This document shows, piece after piece, positions 37,498-47,942 of a stretch of DNA of 64,000 nt; positions within the stretch are counted from its first letter, which is position 1, and each line of letters starts with the position of its first letter. The notes under the pieces are model-generated. The model saw only the letters and a list, made by a program, of their open reading frames with translations. It did not search any database and was not told the DNA's origin. The DNA is from Longimicrobiales bacterium (lineage in GTDB: Bacteria; Gemmatimonadota; Gemmatimonadetes; Longimicrobiales; Gaopeijiaceae): the NCBI GenBank assembly GCA_965116905.1, contig OZ220732.1, positions 448,001 to 512,000 on the forward strand. The letters run 5' to 3'. A program made the translations under genes and the position numbers.

Positions 37498-38019
37498 CTA
37501 GAACGAAATCCGGATGACCACTGCGATGTCCTCTTCGGGAGGTATCGGCGGGCGGGCTTCACCCCGGCGCGAACCCCGGAACTGGTCCCACGCGATCGCT
37601 CCCACCACAGCACCGAGAATCCCGGCGACAGCGTAGGTCCTGCCGCGCGACAGCGATCGGACCTCGACGTCGGCCAGCCCCTGGGCGGGGATCCGAAGCC
37701 GCTGGCTGTACGAGTCGACCCGAATCCCCTCCGCGACCGTGACGAGCGGCACCTCGAGCAGCAGGGCGCCGGCGTCGGCCTCGACAACGGTTCCCTCCAT
37801 GACCCGGTCGCCGCCCAGCAGATACTCGTCGAACTCCTCGTACTGGGCTTGCGTCAACAGTGTGCGCACGCGGTCGCCCGGGGTGACGTCGGCCAGGGTC
37901 ACGGGAGAGTACGTGTGGCAGGCGCTGGCCAGGACGGTGGCACACAACGCGGCGGCAGCCGTCGTGACGCGGTGGTGCGCGCGCTCGGCGGACAGGGCGT
38001 GGGGGCGGGTTCCGGTCAT
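37498..38019 (-). CDS. Hypothetical lipoprotein with a C-terminal TM helix
   Basis: Lipobox-like ASAC-HTYSPV, small beta domain, TM YAVAGILGAVVGAIAW. Confidence 0.7.
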   Translation of the reverse strand: MTGTRPHALSAERAHHRVTTAAAALCATVLASACHTYSPVTLADVTPGDRVRTLLTQAQYEEFDEYLLGGDRVMEGTVVEADAGALLLEVPLVTVAEGIRVDSYSQRLRIPAQGLADVEVRSLSRGRTYAVAGILGAVVGAIAWDQFRGSRRGEARPPIPPEEDIAVVIRISF

Positions 38020-38024
38020 GACGG

Positions 38025-40404
38025 TTAATAACGTAACACGGCTTCTACCTGGCGAATCACGTCCTGGATTTCGGCGTCGCCGGGGGCGAACTCGAGTGCG
38101 GTGTAGAGCGACGGAAGCGCCTCCGCCACACGGCCGGTGTTGGCCAGGGACACGCCCAGGTAGAAGTGGGCGCGCGAGAGTCCGGCGTCGTTGCGGACCG
38201 CGGCGCGGTAGGCCGTGATCGCGCCCTCGAAGTCGCCGCGCCGGAACCGGACGTTGCCCAGGTTGAGGTGTGCCAGAGCCTCGGTGGGCCGGACCCGGAC
38301 GGCCTCTTCGTACATGGCGGCCGCGTCGTCCTCGCGGCCGAGCGTCTCGAGGGCCAGGCCCACGTTCACGAGCGCGACAGGGTCTCCGGGTCCATGGCGT
38401 AGCGCTTCCAGATACACCTGCACGGCCTGCGCCATGTCCCCCGCCGCCGCGAGCCCCGCCCCCAGCGCGACCAGCACCTCGGGCGCCGTGGGGCGCACCT
38501 CCTGCGCGCGCTGGAGAAACGGCAGCGCCGCCGCGGGGCCCTCCACCCTGTCCACCGCGGCCGCCCACTGCATCAGCGCCGCCGCCCACCTCGCCCGGAG
38601 CGCCCCCTGGTCCGGGGCCCCGCGCGTCACGGCGTCCAGGAGCGCGCGCACGTCGGGGTCATCGCCCCGGGTGGCGTGCAGGGCGGCGGCGGCCGCCGCG
38701 CGCACGTCCTCGTCGTCGTCGCGGACAAGGGTGGCCAGGGCGCGCCCCGGGGCGTCATCGAGCCCGGCCGCGCGGCCGTCGCCCGGCGCGGCCTGCTCCG
38801 GTCCCGTTCCGGCGCGGGTCGCCCGTCCCCGCGTGGCGTCCCCGCACCCACGTGTCGATGGCCATCAGCTTGGCGATGCCGTGCCGCGGTCCCCGCGCGG
38901 CGGCCGTGGCCAGGGCGCGGTCAAGGTCGCCGGGTGAGGCGGTGGGCGCGGTCGCGGCGACCAGGGCCGCCACCTCGGGGCGGTGCGGCGCGGTCTCGCC
39001 CCACCACGCGGCTGCCTGCACGGCCAGTTCGGCGGGTGATCGGTCGCTGTGACATCCCGCGCACGCCGACTGCAGCCCGGCCTCCTCGTCGAAGCCCGGG
39101 CGCGGAATCGAGATCGTATGGTCCGCTCTTGCATACGGTATAGCCGGTGACAGTTCAGGATGCTGGACGTAAGGCATGTGGCACGATGTGCAGGCCGCCC
39201 CGGGAGAGCCCGCCGGATGGAAGGTGTGCGCCTCGGGATCCGCGACCTTGCTGGCGTGGCACGCCGTGCACTGGCCGTCGTCGAACCTGCCTTCGAGCGC
39301 GTTGCCGAAGACATCGCGGTAGCCCTGACCGTGCGGGTCGTGGCAGTCGACGCAGGTCATCGAGCCGAAGAGGTAGCACGCGCTGGAGCGATGGGTCTGC
39401 TGGTAGCCGAAGGTGGCGATCCGGCCATCGGGCAGGTAGGGCGAGTCCCCGATGAGCGGGAGGCCGAGGCTGTATTCGCGGGGACCGGCGGTCGGGGCGT
39501 CGCCCGTGTCGGCACCCGAATCGTCGCCGAGCGCGCGCTTGAGGGCGTGGCAGTCGAAGCACACGCGCAGCGACGCGTCCGGGTCCAGCGTGGCGAGCGT
39601 TGCGGGGAGCGCGCCGGGCTCGGCCGCCGGGGCTTCGCGGGGCGGTTGCCGTGCCCGCGACGGGTCGGCGGCTACTGCACGCGCCTCCTCGACGTGCGCG
39701 AGGGCCGGGCCGTGACAGGATTCGCAGTTGATCGCGAGCGATGTCGCGCGGGTCTCGTAGCGCGCGAGGTCGGCCCGGTACCGCACTTCGACCTGGCTGC
39801 CGTGACAGTTCTGGCAGTTCGCGAACCGGCGGTTGGTCCCCAGGATTCGCACCGGCGGCCAGTCGCCGCACTCCGTCAGGCGCATCGATTCGGTTATGGG
39901 AAGCCACCCGGCGTCGGCCCGCAGCCGCGCACGATCCGCACCCGGGACCCAGAATCCACCCACGAATGCGGTATTGCAGAACCACGTGTCGCCGTCTTCC
40001 GAATAATCGAAGGGAACAAACCGCTCGGTGCCGTCAGGGAACAGCGACGCGAAGCCCTGCGTCCCGCCTCCCACCATGTGTCCGGCCCCGATCACCCCCG
40101 TCACCTCGAGCTCCATGGGCGGACGCCCGTTGCGCTCCACGACGAAGACGTACCGGCCGTCGTCCCGCACCACCGGGGACACGACGGCGTCGGCAAACCG
40201 GATCGGCGGGCCACCGAAGGGGGCGATGACGGTGCCCGGGCCGGGTGGGCCGCCGGCCTGACCGTGCGTCGACTCCGCCCACGCGTCGTACTGCTCCTGG
40301 TGACACGTCCGGCAGGCTTCGGAACCCGCGATCCCCTGAGGCGTCTGGGGCGTGGCGCCGGCCGCGAGGATCAGTCCCACCGTGCCGAGGGTAGCCGTGT
40401 TCAA
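38025..40404 (-). CDS. Octaheme c-type cytochrome with HEAT/TPR C-terminus, split by a frameshift near 38760-38850
   Basis: Eight CxxCH motifs (CRTCH, CQNCH, CESCH, CFDCH, CVDCH, CTACH, CTSCH, CAGCH) in ORF 38755-40404. HEAT-like DDDEDVRAAAAAAL and TPRs continue in an adjacent frame to 38025. Confidence 0.8.
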
Positions 40405-40574
40405 GCCTCCGAACCTCTCTGGTGTTGCTTCCCGGACCCGTCGCGGCCATTCGGTCGCTCGCGAAACCCCGGGGCACGACACTCGAAGTTGACGTTGCCG
40501 GATCGGATCGGCGAAAATCCCTCCGCCAATCTTTATACGTCACAAAGGCGCCCGTTTCAAACGGCTCACCACCC

Positions 40575-41755
40575 ATGACACCAGATTCCAGCACCGAGAA
40601 CCCTGGCGACCTGGCCTTCGTGATGGGCGGCGGGGGCGCCAGAGCCGCCTACCAGGCCGGTGTCGTGAAGTATCTCTCCCGGCGCTTTCCGGAGTTGTCG
40701 GTGCCGATCCTGACCGGGGTCAGCGCCGGAGCCATCAACGCGGCCCACCTGGCGGCCCACCACGGCACGTTTGCCCAGTGCGCCGAAGAACTCACGCACC
40801 TCTGGTCGAACCTGGGGGTGGACAAGGTCTTCAGAACGGACCTCAGGTCGCTGCGCAAACACGTAGTCCGCTGGGGCCGACAGCTTCTGTCCGGTGGTGC
40901 CGGGGGCGAGCCCAGGGTTCGAGGTCTCCTGGACACGCAGCCGCTTCGCGAGTATCTGACCGACACGATGCACGCGATCGACGGGGAACTGACGGGAATC
41001 CACTACAATCTGGAGACGGGCAGGCTGAAGGCGGCCGCGCTCAGCACGACCAACTACTCCACGGGTCAGTCCATTCTGTGGGTCCAGGGTCACGGGGTGA
41101 AGGAGTGGGAGCGCCCCAACCGCCGTTCGCGGATCACGACTCTGTCGGTGGAACACGTCATGGCCTCGTCGGCGCTCCCATCGTGTTCCCCGCGGTTCGG
41201 ATCGGCCAGCACTGGTACGGAGACGGCGGGATCCGGCTTGCCGCACCGCTGTCTCCGGCTCTTCACCTGGGTGCCAGGCGCATCCTGGCGATCAGCACCA
41301 GGCGCGCCCGCACGTTCGACGAGGCGGACGAGCCATCGGTCAGCGGCTACCCCCCACCGGTCCAGGTCGCGGGAACGCTGATGAACTCCGTCTTCCTGGA
41401 CCTGCTCGACGAGGACGGCCTGCGCCTGGACCGCTTCAACCAGCTGCTGAGCCGGCTGGAACCGGAGTCCCGAATGGGCATGCGAATCGTGCGGCGCGTG
41501 ACGATCCGGCCGTCGGTGGACCTGGGCAAGCTCGCCAACAAGTACGAGCCACAGCTGCCCCGCGCCTTCCGGTTCATGACCCGGGGACTTGGTACGAGGG
41601 ACACCAAGGCCCCAGACTTCCTCAGTCTGATCATGTTCCAGCCGGACTACCTGGCCGAACTGATCCGCGTCGGAGAGGCCGATGCGGAGGCGCGCGAGGC
41701 CGAACTGGTGGCGCTGCTGGAACCCGAATGCGAGGTGCATCATGACGACCGGTAA
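40575..41755 (+). pseudogene. Patatin-like phospholipase with a 1-bp frameshift (true lesion or sequencing error)
   Basis: GGGGARAAY and GVSAG in one frame, ...IVFPAV..YGDGG in another. One more C in the run at 41177-41179 restores MASSALPIVFP. Confidence 0.8.
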
Positions 41756-43673
41756 GGAAGGCGCCCGGGAACTCAGCAACGCGCAGGAGTCCCGCGATGT
41801 TGCCGAGAGCGCTCGCGAAGCCGGATGGGAGAAGCGCAGCTTCATGCGGGAGCTCTTCGGAGGCCGGCTCTCGCTGGACCTCGTCCATCCGCACCCCGCC
41901 CAGGACCCCGACGAGGCGGCGCGGGCGGCCCCGTTTCTGGAGCGGATACGGAGCTTCACGGAGGAACACGTGGACGGCGACGCCTTCGACCGCGAGGGCT
42001 GGGTCCCGGAAGCGGTCCTGAAGGGCCTCGCCGATCTGGGTGCCTTCGGGATCAAGGTGCCCCGCGAATACGGCGGCCTCGGACTGTCCCAGACGTCCTA
42101 TAACCGGGCGCTGGCCATCGTGTCCAGCCGCTGCGCCTCGACGGCCGCGTTCCTGTCGGCGCACCAGTCCATCGGCGTCCCCACGCCCCTGGTCCTCTTC
42201 GGCACCGAGGAGCAGAAGCGGGAATACCTGCCCAGGGCCGCAGGCGGCGAGCTCTCGGCCTTCGCACTGACCGAGACCATGGTCGGCTCGGATCCCGCCA
42301 ACATGTCCACGTTCGCGGAACCGTCGGAAGACGGGTCCCACTACATCCTCAACGGCGAGAAGCTGTGGACGACCAACGGTCCCCGCGCCGATCTGCTCGT
42401 CGTCATGGCACGCACGCCGCCGCGGCCCGGTGTCAAGGGGAAACGCCCGATCAGCGCCTTCATCGTGGAAACGGCGTGGCCCGGCGTGGAAGTCGGCCCG
42501 ATCTGCCGGTTCATGGGACTCAAGGGGATTTCCAACGGCGTGCTCCGGTTCCGAAACGTCAAGGTTCCCCGCGAAAACCTGCTTTGGGGAGAGGGGCTGG
42601 GACTCAAGCTCGCGCTGATCACGCTGAACACCGGCAGGCTGGCACTGCCGGCGTTCTGCACCGCCGCGGGCAAGTGCGTCCTGGCCGCGTGCCGGAAGTG
42701 GGCGGCCGAGCGCGTGCAGTGGGGCGCGCCCATCGGCAAGCACGACGCCGTGGCGCAGAAGCTGGGCAGGATCGCGGCGGAGACCTACGCCATGGAGGCG
42801 GTCGTGGAACTCGCGTCGGCCATGTCCGGCCTCGGGACCCTCGACATGCGGCTCGAGGCGGCGATGGCCAAGCTGTGGCACAGCGAGAAGGCGTGGAGCC
42901 TCATCGACGACGCCGTGCAGATTCGCGGCGGCCGCGGCTACGAGTCCGCCGATTCCCTGCGGCAGCGCGGCGAGGACCCGATTCCGGTCGAGCGCGCCAT
43001 GCGTGATGCGCGGATCAACCTCATCTTCGAGGGATCGAGCGAGATCATGCGCCTGTTCATCGCCCGCGAAGCCGTGGACGACCATCTGACCGTGGCGGGA
43101 GCCGTGATCGACCCGAAGGTCCCGGCCGGCAAACGCGCGGCGGCGTTCCTGAAGGCCGCGGCACACTACACCGTATGGTATCCGGGGCGCTGGCTGGGAT
43201 GGGGCCGTTGGCCGCGCTACGGCGCCTTCGGCAGTCTGGCCGGGCACATGCGCTACGCCGACCGCAAATCAAGGAAACTCGCACGCACACTCTTCCACGC
43301 GATCGTACGGCATGGACCCCGACTGGAACGGCGACAGGCAGTCCTTGGGCGCCTCGTGGACAACGGCGGCGACCTGCTCGCCATGATCGCCTGCTGCGTA
43401 CGGGCCATGAAGCTCGTGAAGGAGAACCCCGCCGACCGGACGCCGTTCGAACTGGCCGACGCCGCGTGCAGGCTCGCCCGGCGCCGGATCGACGCCCGGT
43501 TCAGAGCCGTCTTCCGGAACGACGACACCGCGGTCTACAAGGTGGCGCGCGGAGCGATGGCCGACCGCTACGAGTGGCTGGAAGCGGGCATCGTCCTGAC
43601 GCCGCCGGCCGAGCCGGCTGAACGTGAGGAACCACTCCCGGACGCCCAGCCGAAGAGCGCAGTGCCTGCCTGA
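41742..43673 (+). CDS. Acyl-CoA dehydrogenase (long, ACAD9/VLCAD-like)
   Basis: VPREYGGLG, AFALTE..GSD, LNGEKLWTTNG, QIRGGRGYE, RDARINLIFEGSSEIMR, C-terminal extension. Confidence 0.95.
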   Translation: MTTGKEGARELSNAQESRDVAESAREAGWEKRSFMRELFGGRLSLDLVHPHPAQDPDEAARAAPFLERIRSFTEEHVDGDAFDREGWVPEAVLKGLADLGAFGIKVPREYGGLGLSQTSYNRALAIVSSRCASTAAFLSAHQSIGVPTPLVLFGTEEQKREYLPRAAGGELSAFALTETMVGSDPANMSTFAEPSEDGSHYILNGEKLWTTNGPRADLLVVMARTPPRPGVKGKRPISAFIVETAWPGVEVGPICRFMGLKGISNGVLRFRNVKVPRENLLWGEGLGLKLALITLNTGRLALPAFCTAAGKCVLAACRKWAAERVQWGAPIGKHDAVAQKLGRIAAETYAMEAVVELASAMSGLGTLDMRLEAAMAKLWHSEKAWSLIDDAVQIRGGRGYESADSLRQRGEDPIPVERAMRDARINLIFEGSSEIMRLFIAREAVDDHLTVAGAVIDPKVPAGKRAAAFLKAAAHYTVWYPGRWLGWGRWPRYGAFGSLAGHMRYADRKSRKLARTLFHAIVRHGPRLERRQAVLGRLVDNGGDLLAMIACCVRAMKLVKENPADRTPFELADAACRLARRRIDARFRAVFRNDDTAVYKVARGAMADRYEWLEAGIVLTPPAEPAEREEPLPDAQPKSAVPA

Positions 43674-44557
43674 TGGCCCGACCGTTCCTGCTGCTGGTGC
43701 TCCTGTGGACCCTGGCGCTGGTCCTGCTCGGGAGCATCGTGCACGCGACGGAATCCAGTCTCGCGTGCCCCGACTGGCCCACCTGCTTCGGCACGATGAT
43801 GCCCGAAATGACGGGCGGCGTGTTCTGGGAGCACCTGCACCGTCTCTGGGCCGGCGCCCTGCTGGTGCTGTTTCCGGTCGCGGTGGTGCTCACGCGGCGC
43901 TCCCACCCCGAGCGCAGGGAGCTCTTCCGCCTGGGCCTTGCGGGCATCGCACTGCTCTTCTTTCAGGCCCTGCTGGGCGGCCTCACGGTGATCTATCGGT
44001 TGCCGGACGCGATCTCCACGTCCCATCTCGCGATGGCGCTCATCTTCCTGGCGCTCGTGACGGTGATGCTGGTGCGAACCGCGCCGCGGGTCCCCGACCG
44101 GCAGGCCATGCCGCGCGCCGAACGACGCCTGGCGTGGCGGCTCGGGTGCTGGATCACCGGCCTCGTGTTCGTGCAGTCGCTGGTGGGAGCGGTGGTTCGC
44201 CACACCGACGCCGGGATGGCGTGTCCCGACGTTCCCCTGTGCCTGGGAAGGGTGATTCCACCGCTGGAGTATCCATCCGTGCAGCTGCACTTCGCGCACC
44301 GGGTGCTGGGGGTGGGTCTGGTGATCGCCGTGGTGGTGTTCGCGCGAACGATCCTGACGCGGAGCCGGGACACCTTCTCCAGACGACTGGCGGCCGCCGC
44401 CGCCATCGGGGTCGTCGCACAGATGCTGCTGGGCTTTCTGTCCGTGGCATTCCAGCTCGGCGTGCCGTGGGTTTCGGCCCACAGCGTGCTCGCCGCGACC
44501 CTGCTGACGCTGGGCGTGGCGATGGCCGCCCACGGCCGGGAGCAGGCAGCTGGATGA
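43673..44557 (+). CDS. ctaA: Heme A synthase, COX15/CtaA family
   Basis: ACPDWPTC, WEHLHR, QALLGGLTV, ACPDVPLC, HFAHR, about 8 TM helices. Confidence 0.9.
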   Translation: MARPFLLLVLLWTLALVLLGSIVHATESSLACPDWPTCFGTMMPEMTGGVFWEHLHRLWAGALLVLFPVAVVLTRRSHPERRELFRLGLAGIALLFFQALLGGLTVIYRLPDAISTSHLAMALIFLALVTVMLVRTAPRVPDRQAMPRAERRLAWRLGCWITGLVFVQSLVGAVVRHTDAGMACPDVPLCLGRVIPPLEYPSVQLHFAHRVLGVGLVIAVVVFARTILTRSRDTFSRRLAAAAAIGVVAQMLLGFLSVAFQLGVPWVSAHSVLAATLLTLGVAMAAHGREQAAG

Positions 44558-44567
44558 ACAGCGCTGC

Positions 44568-44999
44568 ATGAACAGCCAGGTCCTCGGGGACGGTCTTGCC
44601 CATCTGAACGCCGGTCTCAACCTGACCAGCGCGATGCTGCTCGTCGCGGGCCTGATCTACATTCGCCGCAAGGAAATCCGAAAGCATCGGAGATGCATGC
44701 TGGGAGCGGTCGCCGCGGCGGCTCTTTTCCTCGTCTTCTACCTCCTGCGCGTCGCGCTCACGGGCACGCACGCCTTCCCCGGCCCGGACTCGGTGCGCCG
44801 CGTCTACCTGGTCATCCTGTTCAGCCACATGATCCTGGCGGCCGTGGTGGTGCCGCTGGCCATCCGCCTTCTGTACCTGGCCCGACACAGGAGATTCAAG
44901 GCACACCGGCGTCTGGCCCGGTGGACCTATCCGGCGTGGCTCTATACCTCGCTGACCGGCCTGTTCGTCTACTTCATGCTCTACCACGCGTACGCGTAG
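44568..44999 (+). CDS. DUF420 (YozB/CtaM-like) membrane protein
   Basis: HLNAGLN, HRRCM, ILFSHMILA, HRRLARWTYPAWLY. Adjacent to ctaA. Confidence 0.88.
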   Translation: MNSQVLGDGLAHLNAGLNLTSAMLLVAGLIYIRRKEIRKHRRCMLGAVAAAALFLVFYLLRVALTGTHAFPGPDSVRRVYLVILFSHMILAAVVVPLAIRLLYLARHRRFKAHRRLARWTYPAWLYTSLTGLFVYFMLYHAYA

Positions 45000-45639
45000 C
45001 GGCACTACCACGCGTACGCGCAGCGGCTTCGGCCTCCTGGTCCGCCAGGGTCCATCGGCAGCACCGGTCACCCCGGGTCTCGCAACTGCTCTTGGTGACC
45101 TGCAGGTCGTTTCCCACACCCCGAATCAGGGCACGTTGACAGAATCCGGTCAGTATCTGACAGGCGGCGCCGCTGGAATCGAGCTGCACGAGCGGCGAAG
45201 CCGATACTTCCAGCGTGAACGGGCCGGATACGAAGCCGCCGAGACGGCGGCCAAAGAGCTTCGAGAACGCGCGGACCACCGAGCGCTTGGCACGAAACAA
45301 CCTCACGCGACGCGGAAGCAGGCGCGCGTGCGCCGTCCCCACCGAATCCGCCAGAAGAGATCCCATCTCGAAGAACACCTTGCCGGCGTCGGCTCGCTTG
45401 TTGACCAGACGCAGGAACCCGTCGAGTTCCTCCAGGGTCAGCTTCCTGCCCTCCCGGACGTATTCCTCGTGAAGCTGGATCTGCCTTTCGACAACCACAC
45501 TCAGCCCGAGCCTGCGGGGCATGGTCCGGGAAAACACCTCGTCATCGATCCAGTCCGAGGGACGGTCGACCGAACGGATCGCTTCGAGCAACGCGAGGGC
45601 CACCTTCGCGGCTATCGACGGCTTTTCGGCTTTTGTCAA
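44974..45639 (-). CDS. V4R-domain protein
   Basis: C-terminal ACQILTGF...SSCETRGDRCCRW cysteine pattern. Confidence 0.65.
   Translation of the reverse strand: MTKAEKPSIAAKVALALLEAIRSVDRPSDWIDDEVFSRTMPRRLGLSVVVERQIQLHEEYVREGRKLTLEELDGFLRLVNKRADAGKVFFEMGSLLADSVGTAHARLLPRRVRLFRAKRSVVRAFSKLFGRRLGGFVSGPFTLEVSASPLVQLDSSGAACQILTGFCQRALIRGVGNDLQVTKSSCETRGDRCCRWTLADQEAEAAARTRGSAATRTRGRA
44981..45028. repeat. 24-bp tandem duplication at a convergent gene junction
   Basis: ctaccacgcgtacgcgtagcggca / ctaccacgcgtacgcgcagcggct. Confidence 0.8.
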
Positions 45640-45803
45640 TCGGTCGGTCCTGTTGCGTGCAAGCGAGTCGGCGCCGTCGCGGCCATCGTTCGAATGTCGT
45701 CAGAGAGCGGTGCACTGGCAAACCGCCGAGTTTGCCGAGCGCGAGGCCGCCATCCTAGTTTCCGCGCCGGATCGACTCCACGACACGACTACGCAGGCCA
45801 CCC

Positions 45804-46922
45804 TTGAAGCGATACGCCGCCTTCGACCCTCCGGAATACCGGGACTGGGCACCCGATGCCGCCCTGACGCGCGAGTATCGCCACCGGATTGAGAAAGACC
45901 CTGAACGGGCCGCCGCGGTTGGCGATCTGGGCACCGCCGCGCTTCTGCGTCTGTATCGCGAACTCCTCGTTACGCGACTGCAGGACATCGGGCTCAAGCG
46001 GTGGGTGCGCCAGGGCGTGATCAGCAAGGCATGGCTCGGCGTCGGCGAGGAGGCGGTCACGGTGGGATGCGTGGCGGCGCTGGACCGCGACCGCGACGTG
46101 GTCATCCCGATGATCCGCAACGCGGGCGCCGGACACATGATGGGCCTGCCGCTCCAGCACGGCTTTACGAGCTACCTGGCCACGGCGGACAGCCCTAGTG
46201 GAGGGCGGGACTTCCACTACGGCGACATCGCCAGGGGGGTCATCCAGCCCGTGAGCCACATGGGCACGAGCGTTCCCGTCGCCACGGGCGCCGCGCTCGC
46301 CTTCAAGACCCGGGGCGAGTCGCGCGTCGCACTCACGTGGACCGGTGACGGCGCGACCCGTACCGCCGCCTGCCACGAGGGACTGGTCGTGGCCGCCCGC
46401 CTGCGGGTCCCCGCGATCGTGGTCGTCCAGAACAACCAGGTGGCTCTGGGAACCCGCCTCGACCAGCACGGCGCCGGCCGCATGGAGGACATTCCGCGCG
46501 CACACGGTATCCGGGCGCTCAACTGTGACGGGAACAACGTGCTGGACGTCTACGCGGCCACGGCGGTCGCGCGTCGACTGTGCCTGGAAGGGGAGGGGCC
46601 CGTCGTCCTCGTCGCCGAGACCTTCCGCATGGGTGGCCATGCGACCCACGACGAGCGCGAGGCGAGGGAAACCTTCTCGGCCGAGCTGTTCCGGCATTGG
46701 GGGCGCCGCGACCCCGTCGGACTCTACGAAGCCTACCTGCTCGAAGAGGGTGTCACGGCGGAAGCCCTCGCAGAAGTCGAGGCGGACGCCACCGCGGCGG
46801 TCGAAGCGGCCGCGGAACGCGCTCTGAAGTCGCGCGCAGAGACGCCTGAACCACGACACGCGCTCTTCGAGGGTGTCTCACAAGGCGGCGTCCTGCACGG
46901 CCTCGCCCACCGGCTGGACTGA
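45804..46922 (+). CDS. TPP-dependent 2-oxoacid dehydrogenase E1 alpha subunit
   Basis: GEEA, GDGA...VQNNQ TPP motif, DGNNVLDV, TFRMGGHATHD, DPV. Confidence 0.9.
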   Translation: MKRYAAFDPPEYRDWAPDAALTREYRHRIEKDPERAAAVGDLGTAALLRLYRELLVTRLQDIGLKRWVRQGVISKAWLGVGEEAVTVGCVAALDRDRDVVIPMIRNAGAGHMMGLPLQHGFTSYLATADSPSGGRDFHYGDIARGVIQPVSHMGTSVPVATGAALAFKTRGESRVALTWTGDGATRTAACHEGLVVAARLRVPAIVVVQNNQVALGTRLDQHGAGRMEDIPRAHGIRALNCDGNNVLDVYAATAVARRLCLEGEGPVVLVAETFRMGGHATHDEREARETFSAELFRHWGRRDPVGLYEAYLLEEGVTAEALAEVEADATAAVEAAAERALKSRAETPEPRHALFEGVSQGGVLHGLAHRLD

Positions 46923-46986
46923 ATGACCACCCCGGGCGGGACGTCAGGGTCGGCGTTGTCCATGCCCGACTGCTACATTTGAACCC

Positions 46987-47637
46987 ATGTTCGAGAATCT
47001 TCGCCGGGCCTTCAGAGAGGCCGTTGACAACTTCAACCGCGAGTTGGAACGGGACGCCGTGCCGGAGGCCGTGGACGGGCTCATCCGTGGAATGCAAAAG
47101 GAGGCCGTCGCTACCAGGGCCGGCCTCGAAGGGCTCAAGGAACAGCTGGCGAGGGCGCGCAAGCGGGCCGAAGCGGAAGCGCGGGAGGCGCAGGTGTGCC
47201 GGCGGCGCGAAGAAATGGCCCGCAAGATCGGAGACGCCGGTACGGCCGAGGTCGCGGCGGAGTTTGCGGAAAAGCACGCCGCCCGCGAACGCGTGCTGAA
47301 CGACAAGGCGACGGCCATCGAGGCCGAGATCCGCCTTTACGAAACCGAGTACGCCGAAATGCTGGCCCAGATCAAGAAGGCGCGGGCCAATCGGAGCGCC
47401 ATGGCCGCGCAGTCGGGCAGGACGAAGGCGCGCGACTCGGTTCGCGGGGCGGACGACCTGTTCGGAGAACTGGACCGCATGGCGGAGAAGATCGGAGACA
47501 CTGAGGCCGGCGCCGAAGCGGGCGGCTCGCTCTTCGACGACGCGGGCGAGTTTGACCGGGAACTCGATCGGTCGCGCAGGGAAGAGGCGATCGATTCGCG
47601 TCTTGACGAGTTGAAGCGCCGTATGGGAAGAGAGTAG
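46987..47637 (+). CDS. pspA: PspA/IM30-family coiled-coil protein
   Basis: Amphipathic N-terminus MFENLRRAF, long coiled coil, FGELDRMAEKI, RLDELKRRMG tail. Confidence 0.75.
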   Translation: MFENLRRAFREAVDNFNRELERDAVPEAVDGLIRGMQKEAVATRAGLEGLKEQLARARKRAEAEAREAQVCRRREEMARKIGDAGTAEVAAEFAEKHAARERVLNDKATAIEAEIRLYETEYAEMLAQIKKARANRSAMAAQSGRTKARDSVRGADDLFGELDRMAEKIGDTEAGAEAGGSLFDDAGEFDRELDRSRREEAIDSRLDELKRRMGRE

Positions 47638-47646
47638 ATTGGTGCC

Positions 47647-47925
47647 ATGGAAAACTGGATCGGTGTAGGCATCTGGATCGTGATGGGCGCGGCCATCGGT
47701 CTCGCCATGAAGCTGGTGGTGAAGCGTCCCGATACGACCGCGGGGCACACGCGCCTCCTCTGTCTGCTCGGCTCCTTCGCCGCCGTCATCGGGGGCATGC
47801 TGGGCGTGGGCATTCTCGAGTTCGACGACCCGGTCGCGCTCAGCATCGGCGGAATGGCCGGCGCGGTCGGCTTTGCCGCGCTCATGACCTGGGTCTATCG
47901 ATGGGGGATCAGGGGCCTCACCTGA
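47647..47925 (+). CDS. Small GlsB/YeaQ/YmgE-like stress membrane protein
   Basis: Three TM helices, WIVMGAAIGLA, LLGSFAAVIGGMLG. Confidence 0.65.
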   Translation: MENWIGVGIWIVMGAAIGLAMKLVVKRPDTTAGHTRLLCLLGSFAAVIGGMLGVGILEFDDPVALSIGGMAGAVGFAALMTWVYRWGIRGLT

Positions 47926-47942
47926 AGAGCGGAAGACAACCC

